Assembly (NCBI GenBank): GCA_032249135.1
Contig: JAVVGL010000014.1
Span: 1-57,280, forward strand
DNA: 57,280 nucleotides
Source of the DNA: Candidatus Calescibacterium sp.
GTDB lineage: Bacteria; Calescibacteriota; Calescibacteriia; Calescibacteriales; Calescibacteriaceae
Reading direction: 5' to 3'
Below are positions 57,272-57,280 of this stretch, piece after piece; position 1 is the first letter of the stretch, and each line of letters begins with the position of its first letter. Below the pieces are notes generated by a model that saw only the letters and a list, made by a program, of their open reading frames with translations, ran no database searches and was not told the DNA's origin. Both the position numbers and the translations under genes were made by a program.

Positions 57272-57280
57272 AGAGTTTTT

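Noticed and set aside
1-57280. CRISPR array or cas genes
   Set aside because: No regularly spaced 25-40-bp repeats; observed repeats are only two-copy duplications.

Overview
AT-rich bacterial chromosomal segment (Lys/Glu/Ile-rich proteins suggest a thermophile; a diderm flagellated organism is inferred). It has about 52 protein genes, mostly housekeeping, including miaB, dnaE, thrC, flgB, rplO, korAB, sbcD, era, fliD, fabL, rsmH, cmk, clpP, leuC, HU, murE, pepP, alr, nuoF, rng, argB, cobI, cutA and a GyrA/ParC subunit, plus tRNA-Arg(TCG) and tRNA-Ser(GCT). Normally conserved operons are broken into single genes, and many genes appear leaderless. No CRISPR array, rRNA, prophage or intact IS was seen. 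The best leads are: (1) an unassigned 145-nt GC-rich three-way-junction RNA on the minus strand at the right edge; (2) a 100-aa orphan ORF enclosed by a perfect 12-bp inverted repeat that covers its own RBS; (3) an Rpn-like nuclease with an internal SD+ATG, a candidate intragenic antitoxin; (4) an adenylate cyclase-RDD fusion; (5) apparent pseudo-enzymes (GcvH-like without the lipoyl Lys, TsaC-like without catalytic motifs, MCP with a degenerate tip). All calls come from motif recognition by eye; no database search was run.
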